Below are positions 18,508 to 27,864 of a DNA stretch of 37,772 nucleotides, one piece after another; position 1 is the first letter of the stretch, and each line of letters starts with the position of its first letter. Under the pieces are notes generated by a model. The model was not told the origin of the DNA. It saw only the letters and a program-made list of their open reading frames with translations, and ran no database searches. The translations under genes were made by a program, and so were the position numbers. Origin of the DNA: an uncultured Eubacteriales bacterium (lineage in GTDB: Bacteria > Bacillota > Clostridia > Oscillospirales > Acutalibacteraceae); contig ONHJ01000002.1 of the NCBI GenBank assembly GCA_900317595.1, positions 1 through 37,772 of the forward strand, read 5' to 3'.

Positions 18508-18918
18508 CTACTTGAATTTCTTTTTTATTGTGAGAATGTTTTTGCCGTCCTTATATTTATAGTCCAGCATATCCATTGTCTTTTTCACGAGAAAAATGCC
18601 CAAGCCGCCTATACTGCGCTGCTTTGCCGACATATGGATGTCGGGCTCTGCCTGCTCCAGAGGGTTGAACGGCTTGCCTCGGTCGATGAAGGTGATGATG
18701 ACTGCCAGCGGGTCGTCGACCACCTCAAGCTGCACGGTCGCCTTGCCGATGTCGGGGCTGTAGGCGTAGCGCGCAATATTTCCGAAAAGCTCGTCGATGG
18801 CGATTGATATCTGCGTCTGCGCCTTAATCGGGCAGTTCGCCGCCTCCAATTCATTTGTAACGAAATCGGTCACGACCTCGATGTTTTCAACAGCCGCTTC
18901 AATAGTTAATTCTTTCAT
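18508..18918 (-). CDS. Anti-sigma factor / Ser kinase (RsbW/SpoIIAB-like HATPase_c)
   Basis: DELFGNIARYAY (N box), DRGKPFNP (G1), GGLGIFLVKKTMD (G2). Confidence 0.92.
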   Translation of the reverse strand: MKELTIEAAVENIEVVTDFVTNELEAANCPIKAQTQISIAIDELFGNIARYAYSPDIGKATVQLEVVDDPLAVIITFIDRGKPFNPLEQAEPDIHMSAKQRSIGGLGIFLVKKTMDMLDYKYKDGKNILTIKKKFK

Positions 18919-20495
18919 ATCTTTTTCCCTCTATAATGTATGCAAAGCATGGTCAGATCGTCAAACTGCGGTTGATCCTTTGTGAAACGCTTTACATCCG
19001 CGCTCACCGCGTCGAGCAGCTCACGCGGCGCGGCGTCACGGTTTTTGTTAAGCACGCCGAGGAACCGCTCAAAGCCATATTGCGTTTCGGTGTCGTTTTC
19101 CGCCTCCGGCACACCGTCGGTGTATAAAAACAGCTTGGAATCGGGCGCAAGGTGCCAAACGCTTTCGCGGTATCTCATGCCCTTCATGCCGCCGACCACA
19201 AAGGAGTGCTTGTCCTTTATCAGCTCAAAATCCCCTCCGGGGGTTTTGAAGATCGGACATTCGTGACCGGCGTTTGCAAACAACAGCGAGCCGGTCATTA
19301 GATCGAGGATGCCCAGCCAAACGGTGACGAACATCTCTTCCTGACGGCTCTCGCAGATCTGGTCGTTGACGTTCCGCAGCACCTGCCCCGGAGATTCGCC
19401 GGTCATCACGCGGTTTTTGATAAGGATCTTTGCTGCGGTCATAAACAGCGCCGCCGGGATTCCCTTGCCCGAAACGTCCGCCATCACCAGCGCCAGATGC
19501 CGGTCGTCCACCATGAAAAAGTCGTAGAAGTCGCCGCCGACCTCTCTTGCGGGCGTCATGGAGGCGTAAAGGTCAAATTCCGTGCGCTCCGGCATGAACG
19601 GAAAGCTGTTCGGCAGCATATTCGCCTGTATTTTTGTGCCGAAGTTCAGCTCCAGCTCGGTGTTCGCCAGCGCCTTTTCGCGGTCGGCGAACAGCACGCC
19701 GTAAATAAGCACCACCGAGACCGTCATCGCGGAGTATTGGGTGGAAAGCCCGAAGCAATTCGCCGTCAGCGCCTGGTTGAGCAGCGGGATAGCGATGAAT
19801 GAGATCGCCACTATCCTGTCCTTGACCGACGCCTTCGCAAAGGATATGGCTATGATAACGACCGTCAGTGTGATGCTTAGATATACCTGGCTTACGTCCC
19901 ACTGGGCGGCGCGCTGATAAACTCCGTTTTCGTCCACCGAAAAGAACAGCGGGTAAAAGAAGTTGATAAGGCTGAGCAGCATCGACGGGTAAAGCATCAC
20001 CGTCACGAACAGGTCGGCGATCTTCATCGCCCGGTCGTGGAGCCGAAGCGCGCGCCGGATGTATTTCCAGAACAGATACACCAGCGCCGAGCCCATGATG
20101 TAAAACAGCACGTTTACAACGATATTAACAAAGCGAAGCTGCGCGTTGCCCTGCACCAGCCAGCTCAGCTCGTCGGTGAACAGCGCCAGCGTGGTGTTGG
20201 TCAGCAGGGTGACAAAGACGTGGGTGTCGGCATTTTGACCCTTTAGGTTCAGCGTGGCGCTGAAGCAGAGCATGGTGCAAACCGCCATGCAGAAAACGTC
20301 GGCGCCGATCGAAAACAGCCACTCTCCGCGCATATCCTCAAAGCCTCTCACCGCTAGCAAAACCAGCGCGGCGGTCGTCATGGCGAGGGAAAAGCCGAAG
20401 CAGAACGGCGCGATCCACTTCTGGCTGCCGATCCAGTCCTTTTGATAATTTATTTTTGTTACGATGGTTTTTACGTTTACGTTCGCGTTTTTCAT
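18915..20495 (-). CDS. Multi-TM PP2C/SpoIIE-family Ser phosphatase (RsbU-like)
   Basis: About 7-8 N-terminal TM helices; VGGDFYDFF, ADVSGKG, NAGHE, YTDGV and DDLT metal-binding motifs. Confidence 0.93.
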   Translation of the reverse strand: MKNANVNVKTIVTKINYQKDWIGSQKWIAPFCFGFSLAMTTAALVLLAVRGFEDMRGEWLFSIGADVFCMAVCTMLCFSATLNLKGQNADTHVFVTLLTNTTLALFTDELSWLVQGNAQLRFVNIVVNVLFYIMGSALVYLFWKYIRRALRLHDRAMKIADLFVTVMLYPSMLLSLINFFYPLFFSVDENGVYQRAAQWDVSQVYLSITLTVVIIAISFAKASVKDRIVAISFIAIPLLNQALTANCFGLSTQYSAMTVSVVLIYGVLFADREKALANTELELNFGTKIQANMLPNSFPFMPERTEFDLYASMTPAREVGGDFYDFFMVDDRHLALVMADVSGKGIPAALFMTAAKILIKNRVMTGESPGQVLRNVNDQICESRQEEMFVTVWLGILDLMTGSLLFANAGHECPIFKTPGGDFELIKDKHSFVVGGMKGMRYRESVWHLAPDSKLFLYTDGVPEAENDTETQYGFERFLGVLNKNRDAAPRELLDAVSADVKRFTKDQPQFDDLTMLCIHYRGKKI

Positions 20496-21181
20496 AAGGC
20501 ACCCTCATTTTGCTCTGCCGGAAGCGCGCGAAGCAGCTTCAGCGACGCCTTTAAATAACGCAGATAGATTATGTATTGCACGATGCTGAGAGCAAGATCG
20601 ACAAGCCCCGTTACAAGGGCGATGATCTTGGTCGGCGCGGCAAGCTCGAATATTCTTATTATCAGCGCGTTAAGCGAGGAGATTATGTAGGTGGCGACCA
20701 CGATCTGCAGAACCGTGCTGCCTCTTTCGACCATATCGGTGCGCTCGCATCTCTCCGCGATATTGATAAGCCCCGTAAGGCCGAAGATCATCACGAACAT
20801 CTCAACTATCGACGCGGCGGCGTTGAGGGTGGTGTAGAGCGTGCCGTTTGAGATCTGGAAGAACATGCCGACGATCACCAGCACGCCGTTGGCGACCGCG
20901 CAGATCATCGCCTTGCGAAACTCCACCTCGTCCTGTCCTGCCTGAACATAGCCGATAAACGCGAAAACAGCCGTCAGCGTCATCATCACCAGCGATGCCG
21001 AGGCAAAAAGCGTGCTGAACGTCTTAAGCGACGAGACCACAAAAGGCTCGGCGTCCTTGATGTGCTGAGTCAGATTGTCAAGCAGCAGCGTGGTGGCGCC
21101 GCTGAGCACTGCGGCGCAGATGGCAAAAATCTCCGCAAAATATATTTTTCTTATCCCTTTTTCCGCATTTGGAAATCTCAT
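20492..21181 (-). CDS. Uncharacterised multi-pass membrane protein, first gene of the operon
   Basis: About 6 hydrophobic helices; ATGA overlap with the phosphatase gene. Confidence 0.8.
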   Translation of the reverse strand: MRFPNAEKGIRKIYFAEIFAICAAVLSGATTLLLDNLTQHIKDAEPFVVSSLKTFSTLFASASLVMMTLTAVFAFIGYVQAGQDEVEFRKAMICAVANGVLVIVGMFFQISNGTLYTTLNAAASIVEMFVMIFGLTGLINIAERCERTDMVERGSTVLQIVVATYIISSLNALIIRIFELAAPTKIIALVTGLVDLALSIVQYIIYLRYLKASLKLLRALPAEQNEGAL

Positions 21182-21272
21182 ATCGCACCCCGCGGCGGAG
21201 CAGCCGCCGCAAATCTTTTTTCAGTCCTTTGCCCTCCGTGTCTGTGGCAAGGCGAATAATATACTGTCTTAT

Positions 21273-21301
21273 ATTATACTATTTTTTAAGATCAAAATCA
21301 A
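21273..21301 (-). promoter_or_regulatory. Candidate sigma-A promoter of the 7-gene operon
   Basis: Minus strand TTGATT-N17-TATAAT. Confidence 0.5.
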
Positions 21302-21458
21302 CATGGTTTATTGGTTTTTCACAAATATTTATCGCCGCCTGCGCGTGCCGAAAATGGTGAAAAAAAGTCTTTTTTATCAAAAATCACCTAAAAAAACCTT
21401 GTGCGGGTGACTGCCTGTATGTTATAATCTGATTGTCATCAATTGGAGGTGCAGGCTT

Positions 21459-22873
21459 ATGGATGCTGTTGTTCAATTCTTCAACAAGGTCGACGATGTG
21501 ATGTATTATCCCATCTTCGTCATCGTTCTCGCCGCGGCGGGTCTGTTTTTTACATTCCGCACGCGCTTTGTTCAGGTGCGGCTGTTTAAAACGGCGTGCA
21601 GGCTCATCGTCGAAAAGCCCGCGTCGGAGCAGAAGGTGTCTTCCTTTCAGGCGCTGATGGTTTCTACCGCCTCGCGCGTCGGCACCGGCAACATCGTCGG
21701 TGTTTCCACCGCTATCTGTCTCGGCGGCCCCGGAGCCTGCTTCTGATGTGGCTGATGTGCATAATCGGCGCGTCGTCGGCGTTTATCGAGAGCACGCTGG
21801 CGCAGATATTTAAGCAAAAGGACAAAAACGGTCACTTCTACGGCGGCCCCGCCTACTATATCGAAAAAGCGCTGAAGCTGCCTGTGATAGCTGCGGTTTT
21901 CTGCGTGTTCCTTATCGCGACCTACGCCTTCGGCTTCAATCTGCTTTGCTCCTATAATCTGCAGTTCTCTTTTTAGACCTATTCCTTTTATGACGGCATA
22001 TGGACGCCGATCATCACCGGCGGCGTGCTGGCGCTTTCCGTCGGCTTCTGCCTGTTGGGCGGCGGCAAGCGCATCGTGAGATTCACCGAAAAGGTGGTGC
22101 CGGTCATGGGCGTAGCTTATGTGCTGATCTCGCTGATCGTGGTGTTCGCCCATGTGAACTATATCCCCGCGACCTTCGCGGCGATTTTCAGCGACGCCTT
22201 CGATTTTCGCGCCATTTTCGGCGGATTGAGCGGCTCCTGACTGATACTCGGCATCAAGCGCGGCCTGTTTTCAAATGAGGCAGGCGTAGGCTCCGCACCG
22301 AACGCGTCGGCGTCGGCGGACGTCACCCACCCTGTCAAGCAGGGCTTGGTGCAGACGGTTTCGGTGTATATCGACACCATGCTGCTGTGTACCGCCACCG
22401 CGCTTATGTGTCTTGCCTCAGGCGTTGAGCGCAGCGAAAGCGTTTCCGGCGCGAGATATGTGCAGAACGCGGTTTCAACGGTGTTCGGCGCCGCCGGCCC
22501 GGTTTTCATCACGGTCGCGATGGTGCTGTTCGCGTTCACCACGCTGATAGGCAATCTTTATTACGTGGACAACGCGCTGGTTTATCTCAACAGAAAAAGA
22601 CAGCCCTCAAAAAGGTTTATGACGGTCTTCTATATCGCGTGTGTGGCGGTCATATTCTTCGGCGCGCTGGCGTCTATGGATCTCGCCTGGGCGCTTGCCG
22701 ATATCACGATGGGCGGAATGACGCTGATAAATATCCCTTGCTGTGTCGTTTTGTCGGGCGTCGCGGTCAAGGCGCTCAAGGATTTTGAAAGCCAGAAAAA
22801 GCGGAGGCTCAACCCTGTGTTCCATGCCGACGACATAGGTCTTTCCTCTGAAAAGCTCCATCACTGGCAATAA
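21459..22873 (+). pseudogene. Alanine/glycine:cation symporter (AlsT/AgcS family) pseudogene
   Basis: ASRVGTGNI, GGPAYYI, GIKRGLFSNEAGVGSAP and FAFTTLIG motifs, split by a 1-nt deletion near 21745, TAG at 21974-21976 and TGA at 22238-22240. Confidence 0.92.
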
Positions 22874-23062
22874 TTTTCCGGCATGATATGCCGCTCTGCG
22901 TTCCCCGATCCCGCTTTCGGAACGCCGAGCGGCTTTTTTGTGCAAAAACCCTGAATTTGGGCGACCGACCGGACAAAAAATTTGCGTAAGGTTATTGTTT
23001 TTGTGAACAAAATGTAGTATAATGTCTATATATGTATACATTTTACAGAACGAGGGATAAAG

Positions 23063-24400
23063 ATGAGCGACCGCAACCGTGACGACTACTATGATTATAA
23101 CAATTTTGACGACAGCATCGACAGCCGCGACTACCGCCGCCGCCAGCCGAACCGCCGTCAGCCTTCCTATAACGGAAGACCGTCATACAACCGCCGCAGA
23201 CCAAAAAAGAAACTGATAAGCACCAGGACCAGAAACCGCATCGTTATCGTTTCGCTTGCGCTGCTTGTGCTTGTGCTGCTGATAATGCTGATAGTGTTCA
23301 TGTTCCGCGGCTGCAAGGACGATAGCAAGAACACCGACAGCGTCTCAAGAGAAACCAAGTCGCAGCAGGAGCAGCAGGTAAACGGCTCTCAAGCCTCCGG
23401 CGGCGATATCGAAAGCACCACAGGCGCCGCGGCGACGAGCGGCGACAAGCTTAAATCCGATGTGTTCATCGCGCCGAATCCCACCGATAACGGCGGCGAC
23501 GGCTACAGCGCAGGCGTGGTCTATGTGTGGAACAATACCGCGTTCGAGCTGTTCGGCGGCAGCGATTACTCTGCGGAGCTTTACGCTGAAACCGTAAACG
23601 GCCTTGCCGACAAGCTGATCGGCATGAACGTCTACAGCATGATCGTTCCCAACCACACCGAGATGGGACTTCCGCAGCGCGAAAAGGAAAAGGCGAGCAC
23701 AAACTCACAGGCGGACAACATCAAGGCGGCGTATGCCGCGATGGACACCTCAAAGGTGACGCCGGTCAACTGCTACAACTATCTCTCCGAGCACTGCAAC
23801 GAGTATATCTACTTCAATTCCGACCACCACTGGACGGGTCTCGGCTCCTACTACGCCTACAAGGCGTTCGCCGATACTCTGGGCATGACCCCGCTGTCGC
23901 TGGGCGACTGCACAGAAAACACCGTAGAGGGCTTCACCGGCACCCTGATCGGCAATGACAGCAGCATCGAGCCCGATACCGTGCATTACTGGACGTTCCC
24001 GTATGACGTTTCCATGACGGTGTACAACAACGTGGACGATTCCGAAACCTACGACAGCCCCTATTATCCGTGGGCCGAGGGCGGTTCCAACACCTACGGC
24101 GTGTTTATCGTGGGCGACCATCCGCTGACTGTCATGCGCTCGTCCTCACCCAACGCCGAAAAAGGCAGAAAAATCGTGGTTGTCAAGGAGAGCTACGGCA
24201 ACGCCTTTGTGCCGTATCTGACATCAAACTTTGAGGAAGTACACGTAGCGGATCTGCGCTATTTCCGCGACGCGTCTCCCGACGTGAACCTTGCGAACTA
24301 TTGCCGCCAGAACGGCATTACCGACGTGCTGTTTATCAACGGCGTTATGAGCGCCAACGACGGCGACCGCTTCGATCAGATGGAAGCGCTGTTCAAATAA
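23063..24400 (+). CDS. DHHW-family membrane-anchored protein (AlgJ/AlgX-like SGNH fold)
   Basis: Single TM, S/T/Q-rich linker, YFNSDHHWT and KESYGNAF motifs. Confidence 0.85.
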   Translation: MSDRNRDDYYDYNNFDDSIDSRDYRRRQPNRRQPSYNGRPSYNRRRPKKKLISTRTRNRIVIVSLALLVLVLLIMLIVFMFRGCKDDSKNTDSVSRETKSQQEQQVNGSQASGGDIESTTGAAATSGDKLKSDVFIAPNPTDNGGDGYSAGVVYVWNNTAFELFGGSDYSAELYAETVNGLADKLIGMNVYSMIVPNHTEMGLPQREKEKASTNSQADNIKAAYAAMDTSKVTPVNCYNYLSEHCNEYIYFNSDHHWTGLGSYYAYKAFADTLGMTPLSLGDCTENTVEGFTGTLIGNDSSIEPDTVHYWTFPYDVSMTVYNNVDDSETYDSPYYPWAEGGSNTYGVFIVGDHPLTVMRSSSPNAEKGRKIVVVKESYGNAFVPYLTSNFEEVHVADLRYFRDASPDVNLANYCRQNGITDVLFINGVMSANDGDRFDQMEALFK

Positions 24401-24436
24401 CCCGAAAAAACATCAAACAAGAAAGGAGGCAGCGGG

Positions 24437-25132
24437 ATGATAGCGGAAAATGTCAGAGGAATGTTGTTCGGCACAATTTCCGAGGGCTTGTATTCGGCTT
24501 ATGTCAGCTCGGCGGTCATCAGCAGCCGCAGCGCATATGTGGTGACGCGCAAGCGGATAAGAGAGTATTTTGACGGCGTTGTCGTCGCCGTTGCCGAATT
24601 TGAGGGCATGACGGGCGAGCGGCTGATCGTGTCGCAGCCCGGCGAGGTCTTTTATGAGCCTGAGCTGCGGAATATGCTCGGAAAGCTGACCAGGGTGAAG
24701 GTAAAAAGCATCCGCTGCCTTTACGAAAAATCCTGCGGCGGCATAATCTTTTATAAGACCAAACAAAACACGAAGATATTGCTTGTAAAAAACAGCAACG
24801 GCAGATATTGGAGCTTTCCGAAGGGGCATATCGAGGACGGCGAGACCGAGCAGGAGACCGCCATCCGTGAGATCAAGGAGGAGACGGGGCTCGACGTCAC
24901 CATCATCAACAACTTCCGTGAGATCAGCGAATACTGTCCGTTCGGCAAGATCCGCAAGCGCGTGGTGTTCTTCCTCGCGCGCGCCTTTACCGACAACGTG
25001 AAGATCCAGGAGGAGGAGATCGACAGCTATATTTGGGTCGATCTGCAGCAGGCGCGCAAGCTCTGCACCTACGACAACGATCTGCGCATAATCGAAAAGG
25101 CGGAAACAACGATTCATTTGATGAGAAACTGA
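24437..25132 (+). CDS. NUDIX hydrolase (Ap4A hydrolase-like) with extra N-terminal domain
   Basis: EKSCGGII and WSFPKGHIEDGETEQETAIREIKEETG Nudix box. Confidence 0.88.
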   Translation: MIAENVRGMLFGTISEGLYSAYVSSAVISSRSAYVVTRKRIREYFDGVVVAVAEFEGMTGERLIVSQPGEVFYEPELRNMLGKLTRVKVKSIRCLYEKSCGGIIFYKTKQNTKILLVKNSNGRYWSFPKGHIEDGETEQETAIREIKEETGLDVTIINNFREISEYCPFGKIRKRVVFFLARAFTDNVKIQEEEIDSYIWVDLQQARKLCTYDNDLRIIEKAETTIHLMRN

Positions 25133-25133
25133 T

Positions 25134-25511
25134 ATGGCTACGGTTTTATTATACAATCTGCATCCGCAAAAGGCGGCAAAGCTCAAAATGCTCTGCCGCA
25201 GCTTTTTTATCGAAGCCCGTGAGGTGCCTAAGGAGGATTTCGGCAAGCCCATAGCCGCTTTGCTGGGGCTTGAGGCGGAAGCGCCGGTCGCGCCGCCTGA
25301 GGATTTCGACGAAGAAATGCTCTATTTTGCCGACGTCGCAGGCGGATTTCTGAATATCCTGCTCGATCAGATCAGGCGAAAAAAGCTGGGCGTGGCGCTT
25401 AAGGCGGTCAAAACCGAAGCCAACGTCGGCTTCACCTCCGCGCAGCTTTACCGCGAGCTGTGCGCCGAGCGCGAGGTGTTCGCGCAGGGCAAAACCGCGC
25501 ATATTCAATAA
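25134..25511 (+). CDS. DUF3783-like protein
   Basis: VLLYNL, LKAVKTEAN and LYRELCAERE pattern; 1 bp after the NUDIX gene. Confidence 0.75.
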   Translation: MATVLLYNLHPQKAAKLKMLCRSFFIEAREVPKEDFGKPIAALLGLEAEAPVAPPEDFDEEMLYFADVAGGFLNILLDQIRRKKLGVALKAVKTEANVGFTSAQLYRELCAEREVFAQGKTAHIQ

Positions 25512-25516
25512 AAAAC

Positions 25517-25559
25517 GGGGCTGACTCAAACTCATTGTCGCGAGTAAGAGTCAAGCCCC
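25517..25559. repeat. Dispersed palindromic repeat / terminator-like hairpin (family B, copy 2)
   Basis: ggggctgactcaaactcattgtcgcgagtaagagtcaagcccc; inverted near-copy of 149-190. Confidence 0.6.
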
Positions 25560-25645
25560 TGCTTTTTTATTTTGTTGAGTTGTTGGGTCGGGTTGTGTTT
25601 AGGGCAATGTCATCAACTTAAGCGCAGAACGCTTTTGTCAGCACC

Positions 25646-25803
25646 AAGGCTCCCCTGCGTAAGGGGGAGCTGTCAGCGAAGCTGACTGAGGGGTCGCCAA
25701 CCTTTCCGATAGCAGAAGTTTTCAGCAGGAAACAACGTCCGCGACCCGTAGCCGGGCGGCAACCCTTTTGTCGCTTCGCGACATTTCCCCTCGAAAGGGG
25801 AAT
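25646..25803. repeat. Inverted pair of double-hairpin REP-like elements
   Basis: gctcccc-N8-ggggagc plus gtcagc-gaa-gctgac, and a diverged inverted unit tgtcgc-ttc-gcgaca plus ttcccct-cgaa-aggggaa. Confidence 0.65.
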
Positions 25804-25883
25804 CACCTCAGCCGCGGACAATCATTCAACTATTTGCAATCGCAGATTTTTGCCGCGCAAAACCCTTTCTTGCGTATCATGCG

Positions 25884-27077
25884 TTATTTTTCGCGGTGCA
25901 GCCTGAATTCCACCGAGCGGCGGAGATATTCAAGATAATGCTCGTCGCGGCACATCGCCTTTCCGGGCGCGTCGGAGAGCTTTGCCACGGGTCTGCCGTT
26001 GACATACTGCAGCTTTATCACGATGTTCAGCGCCTTTTCGCAGGTGTCATTGGAGCAGAAGGTGCCGATGCCGAAGCTGACCTTTGTTCTGTCCTTGAAG
26101 TAGTCGTAAAGCGCCTGAGCGCGGTCAAAATCGAGGCTGTCGGAAAAGAGCAGCAGCTTGGTCTTGGGGTCGACGCCGTAGCTCTCATAATGGCGGATGA
26201 TCTTTTCGCCCCATTCATAGGGGTCGGCGCTGTCATGGCGCACTCCGGAGTAGTTGTTGACCATTGAGCGGTTGAAGTCGCGCAGGAAAAGGTCGGTGGT
26301 GATGGTATCGGTCAGCGCGGTTCCGTTATCGCCCTGATATTCGTTATACCAATCCTGCATCGCGTAGTGATTGGTGTAGGCGAGAGGGATCTCGTCAATG
26401 CCCTGATACATCTGCACGTATTCGTGCGCGTAGGTGCCGATCGGCGTGAGGTGGTATTTCATAGCCAAATACACATTGGAGGTGCCGACGCATTTGTCGG
26501 TCTCCTGCGCCAAACGGCGCACCACAACGTCCTCCCATTCGCGCGAAAGCCGTCTGCGGCAGCCGAACTCGGCGAATTTAAAGGTATAGGTGCCGTCGTT
26601 GAGCGCCTTTATTTTTTTGTCCAGCTTTTCCTCGGCGGAGCTGCGCAGAGTTTCGTAGTCATACTTCATTCTGAAATAGACCTCGTTCACGATCTCGAGC
26701 AGATAGATCTCGAACTGCATCGCGGAAAACAGCGGACCGTCGACAACGATGCTCAGCTCGCCGCTGTCGCTGCGGCTGACCGTCACATAGTCGCGTATGG
26801 GGCGCCACAGACGGAGAAATTCCACATAGTCGTCCTTGATGAAGCGGATGGAGCGCAGATAGTCGAGCTCCTCTTTTTTGAAGGTCAGGCTGCACAGGTG
26901 GTCGATCTGCGCGTTGATCTCCTCCTCCATCCCGGCAGTGAACACCACGTCCTTGTTGCGGCACTTGAAGTAGTATTGACCGCAGAGGTCGGTGTGCTTG
27001 TGGAAGATCACCTGATCCATATTGAATTTATAGAGGTCGGTATCGAGCAGGGATATCACAATAGGTTCGAGTTTCAT
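25884..27077 (-). CDS. pncB: Nicotinate phosphoribosyltransferase
   Basis: SLLDTDLYKFNM, EFGCRRR, GTSNV, GTYAHE, GVRHDS and FSDSL. Confidence 0.96.
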   Translation of the reverse strand: MKLEPIVISLLDTDLYKFNMDQVIFHKHTDLCGQYYFKCRNKDVVFTAGMEEEINAQIDHLCSLTFKKEELDYLRSIRFIKDDYVEFLRLWRPIRDYVTVSRSDSGELSIVVDGPLFSAMQFEIYLLEIVNEVYFRMKYDYETLRSSAEEKLDKKIKALNDGTYTFKFAEFGCRRRLSREWEDVVVRRLAQETDKCVGTSNVYLAMKYHLTPIGTYAHEYVQMYQGIDEIPLAYTNHYAMQDWYNEYQGDNGTALTDTITTDLFLRDFNRSMVNNYSGVRHDSADPYEWGEKIIRHYESYGVDPKTKLLLFSDSLDFDRAQALYDYFKDRTKVSFGIGTFCSNDTCEKALNIVIKLQYVNGRPVAKLSDAPGKAMCRDEHYLEYLRRSVEFRLHREK

Positions 27078-27089
27078 GGTTAGCCTCCG

Positions 27090-27827
27090 TTAAAACAGCT
27101 TTTCGGGCTTGAAAGCCGGCATCAGCTCCAGCTTAAAGAGATTTATCCTGTGCTTGCGGTCGATCAGCGCCTTGTGTTCCTCGTTTTCGATGACGCCCTC
27201 GCGGATATAGCGGTCAAGCTCCGCGTAGGTAAAGCCGAGGTTGTCCTCGTCGGTCTTGCCGCAAAGCCCGTCGCTCGGCACCTTGTCGATAAGCACGTCG
27301 GGCAGTCCGAGCAGCCTGCCGATCTGCTTCATTTCCTGTACGGTCAGGTTAGAGCAGGGGCTGAAATCGCCCACGCTGTCGCCGTAACGGGTGGAGTAGC
27401 CAACCCAGTCCTCGCTGAGGTTGCAGGTGTTTGCTACGCGGCCGTTGTGGCTCTGCGACACCGCGTAAAGGGTCGACATACGGATCCTCGGCGGCAGGTT
27501 GACGCGGCTCTGGTCGCTTAACTCGAACGGGATCGCCTTGGTGATGCCGTCGACCGCGTCCTTGATGTTGATGATAAAGTGCTTGATATCCAGATGGCTG
27601 ACCAGCAGCTTAGCCATGTCGATGTCAGCCTGTTCGCCGCAGGGCATCAGCACGCCGATGACCCTGTCTTTGCCCAGCGCTTCCACGCAGAGCGCCGCCA
27701 CTATTGAGCTGTCCTTGCCGCCGGAAATGCCGACCACGGCGTTGCAGCCCTTGCCGTTGGCTTCAAAAAAATCGCGTATCCACTGTACACATTCGTCCTT
27801 TATTTTTGCAGCGTTGAATTGATACAT
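27090..27827 (-). CDS. nadE: NAD+ synthetase (ammonia-dependent, no glutaminase domain)
   Basis: GISGGKDS, RIRMSTLY, GYSTRYGD and KVPSDGL. Confidence 0.96.
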   Translation of the reverse strand: MYQFNAAKIKDECVQWIRDFFEANGKGCNAVVGISGGKDSSIVAALCVEALGKDRVIGVLMPCGEQADIDMAKLLVSHLDIKHFIINIKDAVDGITKAIPFELSDQSRVNLPPRIRMSTLYAVSQSHNGRVANTCNLSEDWVGYSTRYGDSVGDFSPCSNLTVQEMKQIGRLLGLPDVLIDKVPSDGLCGKTDEDNLGFTYAELDRYIREGVIENEEHKALIDRKHRINLFKLELMPAFKPEKLF

Positions 27828-27864
27828 AAAAACCTCCTGTTGAGTTGTCTTAAGCAGATCGCAG

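Noticed and set aside
18183-18918. spoIIAA/spoIIAB or the canonical sigB operon
   Set aside because: No sigF/sigB follows, the order is kinase then STAS, and the next gene is an NRPS; gene symbols withheld
21744-22240. Stop-codon recoding (Sec, Pyl or alternative code) in the symporter gene
   Set aside because: Lesions are of three kinds including a frameshift, and TGA/TAG act as normal stops elsewhere in the window
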